64,000 bases of DNA. Source: Octopus bimaculoides. Lineage: Eukaryota. Where the stretch lies: the NCBI RefSeq assembly GCF_001194135.2, contig NC_068982.1, positions 155,463,442-155,527,441 of the forward strand. Direction: 5' to 3'. This document shows, piece by piece, positions 26,111-38,336 of the stretch (positions are counted from its first letter, which is position 1; the number at the start of each line of letters is the position of its first letter). The notes beneath the pieces were generated by a model. It saw nothing but the letters and a program-made list of their open reading frames with translations. It ran no database searches and was not told the DNA's origin. The translations under genes and the position numbers were made by a program.

Positions 26111-27444
26111 ATCCAACGTTCATACGAGGATAGGCCCTATAAAAAGGATACTGACTCTTCCTCTACTAGATCTAAAACCAAAACTGACTCTTTCGCATCG
26201 CATCTTCGATTTTACTTTGCAATTTGTCAATGAGGATTCTTTTTATTGAATACTCTTACGAAATTGGTAAAAGAAAAATCGCTGTAGTTTTTGTCTGTCG
26301 CCCTTTCTATGCATTTGTTACCGGCATACAGACCCAGTTCTTTGGTGTCTTCTGTATTCACATACCTCTTCCCTGCTTTTAGTACTTCAACACTGTCAGG
26401 TTTTACGAGTTTTCATTTTTTATTTAGAGTGTTTTTTTTGGGGGGGTTTTTACGGATGAACTCGGGTTTTTTAAATACTGCTTCCGAATTTTGTGCAAAT
26501 TTTGCGTAAAAATGTCCCAAACGATCTCTCCATCAGTGAAATAGCTCAAGTCTTTTTGTACATCACTTTTTGTTTATCTTTATATGCATTGGTTGTTTCT
26601 CTGCACTTTCCCTCGATTTCAAGGACTGGCATAAAAAGGTTGTGACTATTGTTGCACTTCGTGTAGTCCTATTTTAACGAATGGGTTTTGTTCTTTTGTA
26701 TTTGGACTAGTTTGTACTGTTTAGCTTTGACAGTATCATCCGGATTGTTCAGTCTCCCCCCCCCCCTCTCTCTGACAGAGACAGACGCGTACATTAGGAG
26801 AGAGGCGGCGATTTCGATCAGCTGATTTAGTAATCAGCAAAAAGAACTCGGTGTTACAGACCAGAGATACTTTGTGTTTTATTTTCTTGCAGCATGGGTG
26901 GATGTTACGACTTTCACCTCCTGAGACAAGACAAGAGACGAGAGTTGTAACATCTAGCCATGTTGGAAAAAAATATTCTCTACTCCCCACCCCATATTAA
27001 TTAAGGTGCCTAAGTTGTTACTGTAGGATAGTCCCAACCCCTTAGATAAAATTAACTGGGTTTATACAAGCACTAGTTTCGTTGTTAAGTTATCCCTAAT
27101 AGTAAAAGATTGAGGCTTAACCAGAATGGTATTTCTAGTTTAATGTGTTTTAGATTATTGATGGGGAATCGTCTTTCCCGTTTTTCTTTAATAAACTACT
27201 GTGAGGGAACTGCAGACATAGCCACATGATTTGGAAGTTCGCTATGCAGTCAAGTAATTCCTACCTCGGCCCTACTGCGCAATGTTTTGGGTAAATGTCT
27301 TCTACTTTAGATTCGAATTGACAAATTCCTTTTGATCATAATTTTGTTCACGGAAATTGTGCAAAAGCCTGTCGCACGCGTGCGCATCTGTGTATACCGG
27401 TGTATTAAGTTGGGTTCTTTTTTTATCGAAATGTGATTTTTACC

Positions 27445-27701
27445 CACGGGCATATGGCGTAGTGGTTAAGAGCACGAGCTACTAACCCCAAGGTTCCGAG
27501 TTCGATTCACGGCAGCGACCTGATTAATAATAGTAATAATAATAATATTATAATAATAGTAACATCGTTAGGAATGAGAACCCAGGTTCGAAATTTCCAG
27601 AAAAGACACCTGACGAAGGCTGGAGGGTATATCAGCCGAAACGTTGTGTTAACAACAAACAAGATGAGGAGAAATATCCGTCAGATGTAAATAATGTAAA
27701 T
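27445..27701 (+). mobile_element. tRNA-headed SINE with (AAT)n linker, Penelope-like hammerhead-bearing 3' part and 15-bp TSD
   Basis: A box TGGCGTAGTGG, B box GAGTTCGATTC and an (ATGTAAATA)-type tail. Perfect TSD AATGTGATTTTTACC at 27430-27444 and 27702-27716. Confidence 0.88.
27605..27650 (+). ncRNA. Minimal type I hammerhead ribozyme motif
   Basis: Stem I GACAC/GTGTT; core CTGACGA; one extra A; stem II GGCTG/CAGCC; GAAA; palindromic AACGTT stem III; GUU cleavage triplet. Confidence 0.6.
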
Positions 27702-28450
27702 AATGTGATTTTTACCGTTCAATAAATAAACAAAATAAGCGCCAGGCTAAAATAGGTACTCGGGTCGATGATATACTTAACTAAAAACCTTCGCAGGCTA
27801 TCTCAACATGGTCACTGTCTAATAACTAAGAACCGTAAAAGTGAGTTGCTGTATTAAGTGACACATCGTCTGTGGTACAAAAGATACCCCTAAGCAAGTA
27901 CATGGTCATTCGTTCCGATAGAAATAGCAGCCAAATCTTCCTACCGTACAATAGTGACGATGCTGATAAATTCAGTATTGGTAGTAATTAACCTTCCAAT
28001 GGATGAAACCACACATCTCACTGCAAGCAAATTTGGAAGCGTTTGTGTTTACTTCTTGTCGACGCAGGCAAAAAAAAAGAAAAAATTATGTTTGAGAGAC
28101 TGTGCCAGTGAGCTGTTTCAAATTTAAATGAAGGGGATGACTTCTGTACTCCTGATCTAAAAGACTGATGATTCCAAAGCCAGAGTAATAGAAAGATTAA
28201 TGAGGCGAGAAATATTTTGTGTGCAAGAAGTGATTTGAGAAGTTGTATCATGGAGCTATTAATGTGAGCTGGAGTTTGGAAGCTAACGGTGAATAAATTT
28301 TTACTAAGAATTACAATTATTATTATTATTTTATTTTTATACACGCGCACGTTTCCTGATATAATTGATAACATTGAGTATCCGTCTCTTGCTCGTCTAT
28401 GCTCCTGACTTTCATATCAAAAGCAATTAGCTACTGTGGTACTTTTTTTA

Positions 28451-28546
28451 AATTTCTCTGAATTTTGTAGAATTTTCTTTTCTTTTTAATTTCTCTGAAT
28501 TTTGTGGAATTTTCTTTTCTTTTTAATTTCTCTGAATTACGTAGAA
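28451..28546. repeat. 37-bp tandem repeat, about 2.6 copies
   Basis: Unit aatttctctgaattttgt(a/g)gaattttcttttcttttt. Confidence 0.9.
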
Positions 28547-28589
28547 ATGCTTAGAGGCAACGACCTCTCCAGATTTCTATGTTATTTCC

Positions 28590-28950
28590 TCAGCTGAGCT
28601 CGTCTATTTTATTCTTTCACATGTTTCACATTCTTTCACATGCGGCCATGCTAAAGAGTTTTAGTCGAATAAATCGACCCCAGGACTTATTCTTTGTGCT
28701 TATTCTATCGGTTTCTTTTGCCGAACCGCTAAGTTATGGGGGACGTAAACACACCAGCACCAGTTAAGCGATGATGGTGGAACAAGCACAGACACGTGTG
28801 TGTGTGTGTGTATATATATATATATGTGTGTGAATGACAGGTTTCTTTCAGTTTCCGTCTACAAAAGGCTTGGTCGGCCCGCGCAATGGGACTGAACCCG
28901 GAACCATGTAGTTAGGAAGCAAGTTTCTTACCGCGCAGCCGTGGCTATGT
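28590..28950 (-). mobile_element. tRNA/CORE-type SINE with internal deletion
   Basis: Same tail, (TG/TA)n and head motifs as the 31.2-kb copy. Further degenerate copies occur at about 5.6-6.0, 6.3, 10.9-11.2, 14.7, 20.1-20.3, 33.5-33.7 and 56.4-56.6 kb. Confidence 0.8.
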
Positions 28951-31204
28951 ATAAATTATTTATAAGTCTATATATCTATTTTGCATTTTTTTAATACTTA
29001 ATGATAAAGAAGAACATGTATTTTATTCAGTGCAAAAAATGTTTTTTATCACGGGTTCCTACAAGTGCTACACAATTATACGTGATCACTGTAAATTCAG
29101 TCTCAAGTACTTTCTTTATATATAGTAATATATGGCCTCATGTAAGTTTTGATGAGGGCTGGTCTGTTATCAAAAGTGTTCCAACTACGACCGACTATCT
29201 TATCCTTTCTCACACGTATCTAGGATTACATATCTGATAGAGTAGAATTTAGGACAAATTCAGCTGCTATTTCTAAGTAGGTTGAGCAACTATCTAGAGA
29301 CTTCCTTGTTGGCTCATAGAGTCTTTACATTGTAGGAAGAGAAGGGAAATGTGAATGTGTGACGTTCATACCTTTCCTGTAAACAACGTTTATTTGCAGC
29401 GTGAGTGAAGCTGTTAGTGAAACGGTGTTGAGGTGCCCGTGATCTTTCCGGGAGCTTCTTGTTTTGTGAGTTCTACCATGTAATTTCATATTGAGTTCCA
29501 ACTTTGATAATGGAAAGAATTAGTGGAGAACAAATAAATTTGATTCTATCAACCATAGAGGAATAAGAGGTGAAATCGAGCTGTGAACATGTTGGGGTGG
29601 AGGGGTGAAAATACTGAAAGGACCAGTATTATTTTTGGTACTTTATGTATTCTACGGCAACGGAGAGTATGTGATAGAAATACTGGACTAGGTTAGTTTA
29701 TAAAAGTCCTGTCAAATCTCTTCAGACTCTCGCGTTATTCTGTGTTCAAATCTCACCAGAACTGTCATTCTCAGGTCTTTAGAAGTGTTGTTGTCGCTTC
29801 TCCGGTCAAACAGCTCTAAATATCCAGATATCTGTATGTCTCCGCCTTTTTTGACGTTCTCCCCAAGGTCAAACTTAATTGAACAGACACATGGAGACCA
29901 TTCTACCCGTGACCATATCTTCTGGAATCGTATAATACTCACATTATACACCGTGTTCTTTTTAGAAGACTGTAGGGTATGACTTGAGGAAGATTTGTCT
30001 GCTATTTCTAACAGGTTGCTTGACAACGTAGAGAATTATTTATTGACGTGAATAAATATTAACTATATAACTAAGGTGAAGTCGACCGAGTTACACTCTC
30101 TTTGCACAAAAACGTTTTAGTGCGCGTGGCTAAAAGATTTAAATCAGGTCTGCTTGTGTTGGGTTTCACCTGGAGCTAACAACTCACTCATACGTTCGCG
30201 TCCACCCACCCCCTCTGTCTTTTTATCTCCCTCATTTATTCTCTCTCTCTCTCCCTCTCCCTTCACTCCTTTACTCGAGTGAACCTGACTAACAAGTGAC
30301 ACTGGAAAACTAAAGTCTGTGCTTGAGCAGCTGCTATTTTTGTTTTAAGAGCATTGAACTAGTTCCGTTATAAAATAACTTTTAAAGCAAGCATTCGTTT
30401 TAACGACTCCATATTAAAAGTTCCAGTTATGTATGTATGTTGAGTTTAATATCAACTAACTTAGATCTGTCTTTAGGAAATCTTTCGAATTTGTAGGTGT
30501 GAATGAATAGAAGTAGCTGGAGTGAGATTAAATTAGCATCTTGTGTCTGTAAGTTAAGGCTGTAGATGACCGAGTATATATCATTATGTTATTGATATTT
30601 TATACAAGACAGCGAATTGGCGGCAGAATAGCGAGCGCGTCGGACAAAATAATTAGCATTTGTTCAAATGTTGCCGAGGTCGACTTTGCCGTTCATCCAA
30701 TCGAGGGCAATAAAATAACGTACCAGTCAAGCTCCGGGGTCGATGTAATCGACCGCCCCTCCTTTAAAAATTGTTGGTCTTGTGCCAAACTTGGGATATT
30801 TAAATGTAATCGACTTGAGAAGGATGACGGACAAATTTGAACTGGGCATCGAACCGAGCCGGATTAGGTGTTCCAAAGTGTTCAGTCCAGTATTCCAGTG
30901 TGTCATCAACCTACACACGAGAGCATCTACTTCTATGTGCCATTAAGCTTGCTAGAAATACCAACCAACACTTCCTGAAATTACATCCTGCCGTCCACAG
31001 CTAATGTAAGTCCGACGTGCAATAACGTACTGAAAACAAAATTGGATGGTCGTGGCTGGCTGGGATGCCTTTCTTTAACCATTGCTCTGATCGCAAAAGC
31101 ATGTGCAGGAAAATGTTTTAATGACTACGCAACTGTTTTCGCTCTCTCTTAAAATACCCTAACTGAAAGCTCAGAACTTACCCCCATTTTATTTATCTTC
31201 ATCT

Positions 31205-31384
31205 TTCATCTTTCAACTGCAGCCATACCTTGAAGAAGTTTTAGTCGAACGGATCGACTCCAATACTTTTTTTCTTCTTCTTTTAGCTTGGTACTTATTC
31301 TACCGATCTGTTTTTCCGTACCGTTAAGTTACTGGGACGTAAGCAAACCAGTACCGGTTGTCAAGCGGGGATGGAACACATACG

Positions 31385-31428
<44 letters not shown>

Positions 31429-31570
31429 CTTCTTTCAGTTTCGGTCTACCAACTCTACTCACAAGGCTGTGGTAGGCCAGTAGAAGGCACTTGGCCAAGA
31501 TGCCACGCAGTGGGACTGAACTCGAAACCACGTTTTTGGGAAGTAAACTTCTTCTCACACGGCTACGCCT
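31205..31570 (-). mobile_element. tRNA/CORE-type SINE
   Basis: Reverse complement of the head-CORE-(TG)n-tail family; (CA)n at about 31390-31425. Confidence 0.85.
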
Positions 31571-31577
31571 CACTTAT

Positions 31578-32035
31578 TTTACGGTGGCTATGTGGTTCCG
31601 GGTTCAGTCCCACTGCATGGCACCTTGGGCAGGTGTCTTCTACTATAGCCTCATGTCGACCAAANNNNNNNNNNNNNNNNNNNNNNNNNNNNNNNNNNNN
31701 NNNNNNNNNNNNNNNNNNNNNNNNNNNNNNNNNNNNNNNNNNNNNNNNNNNNNNNNNNNNNNNNNNNNNNNNNNNNNNNNNNNNNNNNNNNNNNNNNNNN
31801 NNNNNNNNNNNNNNNNNNNNNNNNNNNNNNNNNNNNNNNNNNNNNNNNNNNNNNNNNNNNNNNNNNNNNNNNNNNNNNNNNNNNNNNNNNNNNNNNNNNN
31901 NTAGCGGTTCGGCAAAATAAACCGATAGAATAAGTAGGAGGCTTACAAAGAATAAGTTCTGGGATCGATTTGTTCGACTAAAGGCGGTGCTCCAGCATGG
32001 CCGCAGTCAAATGACTGAAACGAATAAAAGAATAA
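31578..32035 (+). mobile_element. tRNA/CORE-type SINE, partly in gap 31665-31901
   Basis: Head ggttccgggttcagtcccactgcatggcaccttgggcagg and family tail tagcggttcggcaaa...ggcggtgctccagcatggccgcag. Confidence 0.85.
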
Positions 32036-34835
32036 CTGTTTGTTTATTTATTTATTTATTTATTTTGCTTCGGCAAAAATTAGTCCATAAAAATTTGCGA
32101 CCACGGGATTAAAGCCCACCCTCTCTCAATAGGTGCCGGAAATGTTGGTCTTCTGCCACTCCTCAGTCGACTTATCGAAATTGGCGATCAGGTGTAATTT
32201 CGAAGGAAACTTGTCTGCTATTTTAAGCAAGTCGAGCTACCGTGTTGACATTCCCTCATTTTCTCGCCGCTGGGTGGTGGTGGTAGGTTTATGAAGCAGT
32301 CGTGGTTGTAAAATCTAGCACCTCTTGTATGCTTGTCCATGATATCCCCGTTTGGCTACCATTGTAACATTAATCACTTAATCACTTCATCTTTATATGG
32401 GGCTAATGCAGGTTCGCACCTCACCTTGAAAAATGCATTTTTCTGAAAAAATTTATTCGGATTCTTAGGTTTTACATGTCGGAGATTGCGAATATGCAAA
32501 AACAAAACAAAAAAATCCCCCCCCCCCCCAATGCTTTTGGCGGCTGTAGTTAAGCAGGTGGTGCACATAAATAGAATCTTTTTTATTAAAGTGAGCGAGT
32601 GAATTGCCTTTGTTGAATTAAGACTAGTTTTCGTAGGGTGGACTACATTTTCCATTATAGCGTTACAATCAACTTGTAGGCAGTGAATGAACAGAATTGT
32701 CAGAGCGTTCTGCGGTAGTCATTCGCTCGGTTGTCTGTGCTCCGAGTTCAGATCCAGCTGAAGCCAACTTCGCCTTCAAGCCTTTCGAAGTCGATAAACA
32801 AATCAATTACTAGTCCGGTATTGGAGTTGATTCTTTTCTCTCCTCAAATACCTCTATAATTCAGAAGTGCAGTCGTGCCACACTGATTCAACCTGTGGAT
32901 TTACGTAAGAGTACATTCTTCGGTATGTGGAACACTGGGCCGTTTATACATTAATTTCACAGGCAATAAATTCAATTAGCCGAACAGTGTTGAAGCTAAT
33001 CGCTTAGTTCTGATATCATTTAGAAGTTTAAATGCTTGTGATTTTTCTTTAAAAAAAAAAAAAGCATTCGAAATTTAGCGGAGAATTTTGTGTAAAGCCA
33101 ATCATCATTAGCACCGCTCTCCTCACTCTCAATCTAACAGAGAATTTCGCGCGCGTGAGCACACACATACCCACATGGAGAATATCTCGACCACCTTGGA
33201 TATAAAAAAAAAAAAATCAGTATTATTTTAATTAGCATCAGGTGAACCCTGGTTGAGAAGGCCTGTGATTTTCACAGTTGTGGTTACACGTTTTTTTTTT
33301 TTGTGTATCATAAACTACATTGTCCAATGTAGCAGTCTTTTCTATTTTTAAGACGACAGGGTGTGATTTGTGGGACATTTGGTTGCTATTTCGAGCAACC
33401 TGGGCGAACACATAGAAGCTCCCACGTTGGCTCAACAAAGTAATATTATGTATAACTAGTGTGATGGGTTGTGGTGGGGGAGAGTATTGTCATTTGGATA
33501 TCAAAATCTTTTGGAATTGTTTTTGTAGAAATATCATGTCGCGGTTGTATAGTTCAGAAGTTCGCTGCGCCACCATATGATTTTGGGTTCGTTCCTACTT
33601 TGTGGCACTTTGGTCGACCAAAGATTTGTGAGTGAAATTCGGTGCACAGAAATGTATGGATGTCTGTCAGAAATGTCTTGGGTGGCGTGAAAGCCTCTCA
33701 GAAGTATCGTTCTTGTTCTGAGACTGAAACTTGTACTCGGTGTATCGTTTCTATCTGGTACTTGAGTATATTTAGCGGAGTCTATTCTGTAGTAAACATT
33801 CGAAATAGGTCTCCGATCTGTAAATTCCTTGCTCTAAAAAGGGTTTTAGATACTGTTCTTCCTGCTCCCAAGTCATTTAAAAAGAAAAATTTCGTGAAAA
33901 TTCAAAATGCAAAATAAATATTAGTACTCCTTTCTTTCTTTCTGTTTTTCATATTTAAATAAGCCTTCGGGACAGTATGCATTCTTACTGTTGAAACAGG
34001 TAATTGGTGCGGAAATTTTTTTTTCAACCTGTTATAATGTTTCTGATTCAATACAGATATTAGGGAAGAATTATTAAAGATTTTCATTGTCAATAAAGAC
34101 AAAGTGAAATCAGCTCCATAACAAGTTAGGTGATAGTGACACTATTTGAAAGACTTTTGTAATTTTAGGACGTGTCAGCGTGCCGAATGCCATTGGTACG
34201 AAAAAGTTAATTAAACACCCCTTAATTTTACAGTGTTTTCGCTAATCTTAGTGATGAAAATGTACGTAACTTCTCAACGGTGATTGAGAGCTAGCTGAAT
34301 GGGTCTAGCGCTGGGCATTTCGTCCGAGTTTTGAGTTCAAATTCCGCTGAGGTCGACTTTGCTTTTATCCTTTCGGGATCGATGATATCGACTAACCCCC
34401 TCCCCCAAAACTTTCAGTCTTTGTACCTATTGTAGAAAAGATTACTTATAATAACTAGTAACTAGGCTGAGCTAGGTTTCTTGGCTAGCAATGAGATGTT
34501 AAAACTGTCAAGATCCCGTCTCAGATTGAATCTTGTTAAAACACCTGTTTCAACATCGTTTATGTTTGATAAATAACCTTCCATGAAGAACTTTGATAAA
34601 GAAGTTGTTTAACTAGGTTTATCGAATGGTAGAAACGGCAAAATACTGGACTAACTACTACATAACAGTAATTAATTGATTAGTCTCTGTTCAATTTATT
34701 GCATATGCTACTTTTGCCGCTGCATCCATCCCTTTGTAATCGATAAAGTAAATACTATATATTAGGTGGATTTAATCGATTACACCACATCGCTTCTCAT
34801 TGTCCTGTGTAATAAACTATTTATTATTATTATTA

Positions 34836-35201
34836 AGGTGAGCTGGCAGAATCGTTAGCGCACTGGACGAAATGCTTAGCGGTATTTCGCCCGTCGCTAC
34901 GTTCTGAGTTCAAATTCTGCTCATGTCGACTTTGCCTTTCATCCTTTCGGGGTTGATAAATTAAGTACCAGTGAAACACTGTAAACGACTAATCCCCTCC
35001 CCCAAAATTTCAGGCCTTGTGCCTATAGTAGAAAGGATTAATATTATTATATTAGTAGTAGTAATAGTAGTAGTTTTGGCTTCTCCCTTTCTCAAAATTG
35101 TTGGTCTTGTGCCAAAATTAGAAAGAATTATTGATATTATTAGGCGGCGAGCTGGCAGAATCATTAACTCACCGGACAAAATGCTTAGCGGCATTTTATT
35201 C
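34836..35201 (+). mobile_element. Tandem cluster of tRNA-derived SINEs (ggcgagctggcagaatcgttagc family)
   Basis: A near-complete copy at 34836-35040, a tail fragment, and a new head at about 35142 running into the gap. Each sits in the (TTA)n tail of the previous one. Confidence 0.85.
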
Positions 35202-35634
35202 NNNNNNNNNNNNNNNNNNNNNNNNNNNNNNNNNNNNNNNNNNNNNNNNNNNNNNNNNNNNNNNNNNNNNNNNNNNNNNNNNNNNNNNNNNNNNNNNNNN
35301 NNNNNNNNNNNNNNNNNNNNNNNNNNNNNNNNNNNNNNNNNNNNNNNNNNNNNNNNNNNNNNNNNNNNNNNNNNNNNNNNNNNNNNNNNNNNNNNNNNNN
35401 NNNNNNNNNNNNNNNNNNNNNNNNNNNNNNNNNNNNNNNNNNNNNNNNNNNNNNNNNNNNNNNNNNNNNNNNNNNNNNNNNNNNNNNNNNNNNNNNNNNN
35501 NNNNNNNNNNNNNNNNNNNNNNNNNNNNNNNNNNNNNNNNNNNNNNNNNNNNNNNNNNNNNNNNNNNNNNNNNNNNNNNNNNNNNNNNNNNNNNNNNNNN
35601 NNNNNNNNNNNNNNNNNNNNNNNNNNNNNNNCAG

Positions 35635-35706
35635 TTTTCTCTTTTTTGGCTGAGAACGACGGTCAATTTTCTCTTTTTTGGCCGAGAAGGACGGTCAATT
35701 TTCTCT
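35635..35706. repeat. 32-bp tandem repeat abutting a gap
   Basis: Unit ttttctcttttttggc(t/c)gagaa(c/g)gacggtcaa, twice plus a partial copy. Confidence 0.85.
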
Positions 35707-38072
35707 GTCTGGTAGCTATGGCGAAAGAGGTTGTTGAATAAACGAAGTTAAAAGGACTGAAGACAAAATTTTCTCTTGGACCAAACTTTTCCAAGTTTCA
35801 TTTAGAAAAAAAAAAAGTAAAAGCGGAAAGTTAAATGCGGCTTCCTCCACTCATATCCCGAGTGAACGGCCTGCTCTGAGCATTTGGTTATAGGCAGGAG
35901 GACGACAGCTAGGAGAGGGCACCTATCCTCGAGATCAAGGTAATCCAGGTTGTGGGGGGAGGGGGTAACGCTAGGTAGTCTCCTCCCTCCCTTTTGAGGA
36001 ATTTTATTGAACGGTTTCTCTTATTTATTTGTTTTTTTTTTGTTAATCCTTTATTAGCGTAAACCTCGCCCACCATGATTGAATTCTATCTTCGTTTGAG
36101 TCCTTATTATTAATAAAGAAAATATTATCATTTTTGCTGTTTCTGGTTGACTGGTACCTTTTTTTTATCTTTATATCTCATGGTATTTCTTCCGGCTCTT
36201 TATGTTCCAAGTTCAAATTCCACAGAGGTCAATTTTGCCTGTTATCCCTCCGCAATCGATAAAATAAAGTACCAATCCAATATTTGGAGGTGATTTAATC
36301 GACTAACTACTCCTCTGGCCTTCTGCCGATGTTAGAAATAATAATTATTACTCTATGAGCGATCCCGGACGCTCCCAACAAACGTTTCAGATCACGCATT
36401 TAGCTCTGTTTTGCATTCATTTTAAGGACACCTGAAGCTGTAGTACGAGAAAAGTTGAGAGTTCCTTGGTGAATTAATTTTACAAATCTGTTTCAGTTCC
36501 TGCCCGAGAAAAGGAAAGTATACAGAAGTCAATTTTATTCCCCTCTCCTGTTAATGTATTGTATTGAGTGTTCAGTAAATATATTTACACGAGAATGTAC
36601 TTCAAAGTAGTAGATGAAATAGAAGCTTCGTGATGAGTTTCAACGTAATACTGAAAAAAAAAAAAATCTCACACTCTAGTTTCCAATTCTTGTTGTTGGT
36701 TCATCTTAGGTTAGCTTCAATTGAGGAGTCTCTACGATCAAAGTTGTTCAAAACCTGGCCTTCTAGTTCTTTGTTTTGGTGGTGATGTCCTTTTTTTAAA
36801 CAGTATGCGTGTGGACAAATGATTCAATGCGTTCCCTTTTATTTTTAAGACAGCTGGGATGTGTTTCAAGAGAGACTTAGCTGTTGTTTCTAGTGTGTGT
36901 GTATAGAGGGAAGGACCACGTACAAATTCCTCGTTATTTCGACTTTGTAATGTGATGTAGTTGTATTACCACTTGTGTATTAAAATTGGTAAAAATGGAC
37001 CTCCTCCTCCACCCACAAAATGTGTGGGATTTTGAGTTAATGTAAGAAATTCTAATTTAAGCTCAAATCATGGTCATACCACACTATGTGCAATTACTGT
37101 TTTTTTTGTTTGTTTGTTTGTTTTTCGTATAGTTGAAAATGGCATTTCTTCGTTGACAACAGAATAATTAACTTTATTTCTTTTGCTGTTCTTTCTTTTT
37201 CGCACACTTTCCTTGTTGGTTTTTATTTGTCAAGTTAGTTGGTTAACGAGAAAAAAAAAAGCCCATTTAGTCAGGTTAATCAACGGCACAGAATAATGTC
37301 ACTAAATGAAATATGAATTCGCATCTCTTTACATGCAGCAATTTCTAATCTTCAAGGATCTTTAGATTCCATAAGCTATTGTTTACATAAAGTCACTTAG
37401 CACCATATGCAAGAATTACAGCTTTATTATTAATAAGGTAAATTGTTTCCTCAGATATGTGTGTTAGTAAACTACACTCACGAGTTATAAACTGTCTACA
37501 TTAAAATTTCACATTTTATACATATCCTTATTTCTAACTTGATGCTTAACTTTATAGATTCTCATAATATTGTTTCATAATGACAAAGATGTCTTTGGTT
37601 AGGTAGGTTTCATTTTGAAAAGCATAACATTCGAGCGCATGTGGTGACAAGCAGAATAATATTGACGAGGGCGTATTTTGTTTTCAAAGAGACTTGGGAT
37701 TAGTGTATTTCCCCCAACTAATGACTGTCTTAAAGAGATGAGAGATTGTATTAGGGATTATGTAAACTAGGTAATCAAGTTTTCTATGAAATATTCATGA
37801 TTATCTCTAAAAAAAATTTGTCCCAACCCCTTTTTTTTTCTCCTGTAATGGTGATCATCTGACGCGTTGAAATCTTACGTTTTATAAAATGTGTTCATTT
37901 CTGTTTTGATGCATAAGTTTATAGATCTTCATAACATTGTTTCGTTATATTAAAGATTTTGATTATGCTGTCAATTTTGTTACATAGCTAAAGGTATTAA
38001 AAGCCTAACACTCGAACACATTTCAGGACAATCAGAACAGTAAGTAGACGCGCGTGCGAAGGCTTACCATTA

Positions 38073-38336
38073 TCTATATATATAAAAATGAGAATGTGTG
38101 TCTGTCTGTCTGTGTGTGTGTATCCCTAAAACTCGAGAACTACGCAACCAATTTCATTCAAATTTTACAGATGCCTTACTTAGGGTTCCAGTTGTGTTTT
38201 AGTAAAAAAAATTTTTTTAACTTCTTGCAGAGTTCGAGCCCACGGCAACATAATATCTCCTCCACTATTTAAGTATTACGTGTCAAAAGTGAAACAAAAA
38301 CACTCATGTCAAATACTTTCACTTTAAAAATGAAAC
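38073..38336 (+). mobile_element. Non-autonomous Helitron 5' end, running into gap 38337-38909
   Basis: A|TCTATATATATAAAAATGAGAATGTGTGTCTGTCTGTCTGTG...: a 5'-TC after host A, an AT-rich start and a (TCTG)n microsatellite, typical of non-autonomous Helitrons. The 3' CTAG is not visible. Confidence 0.6.
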
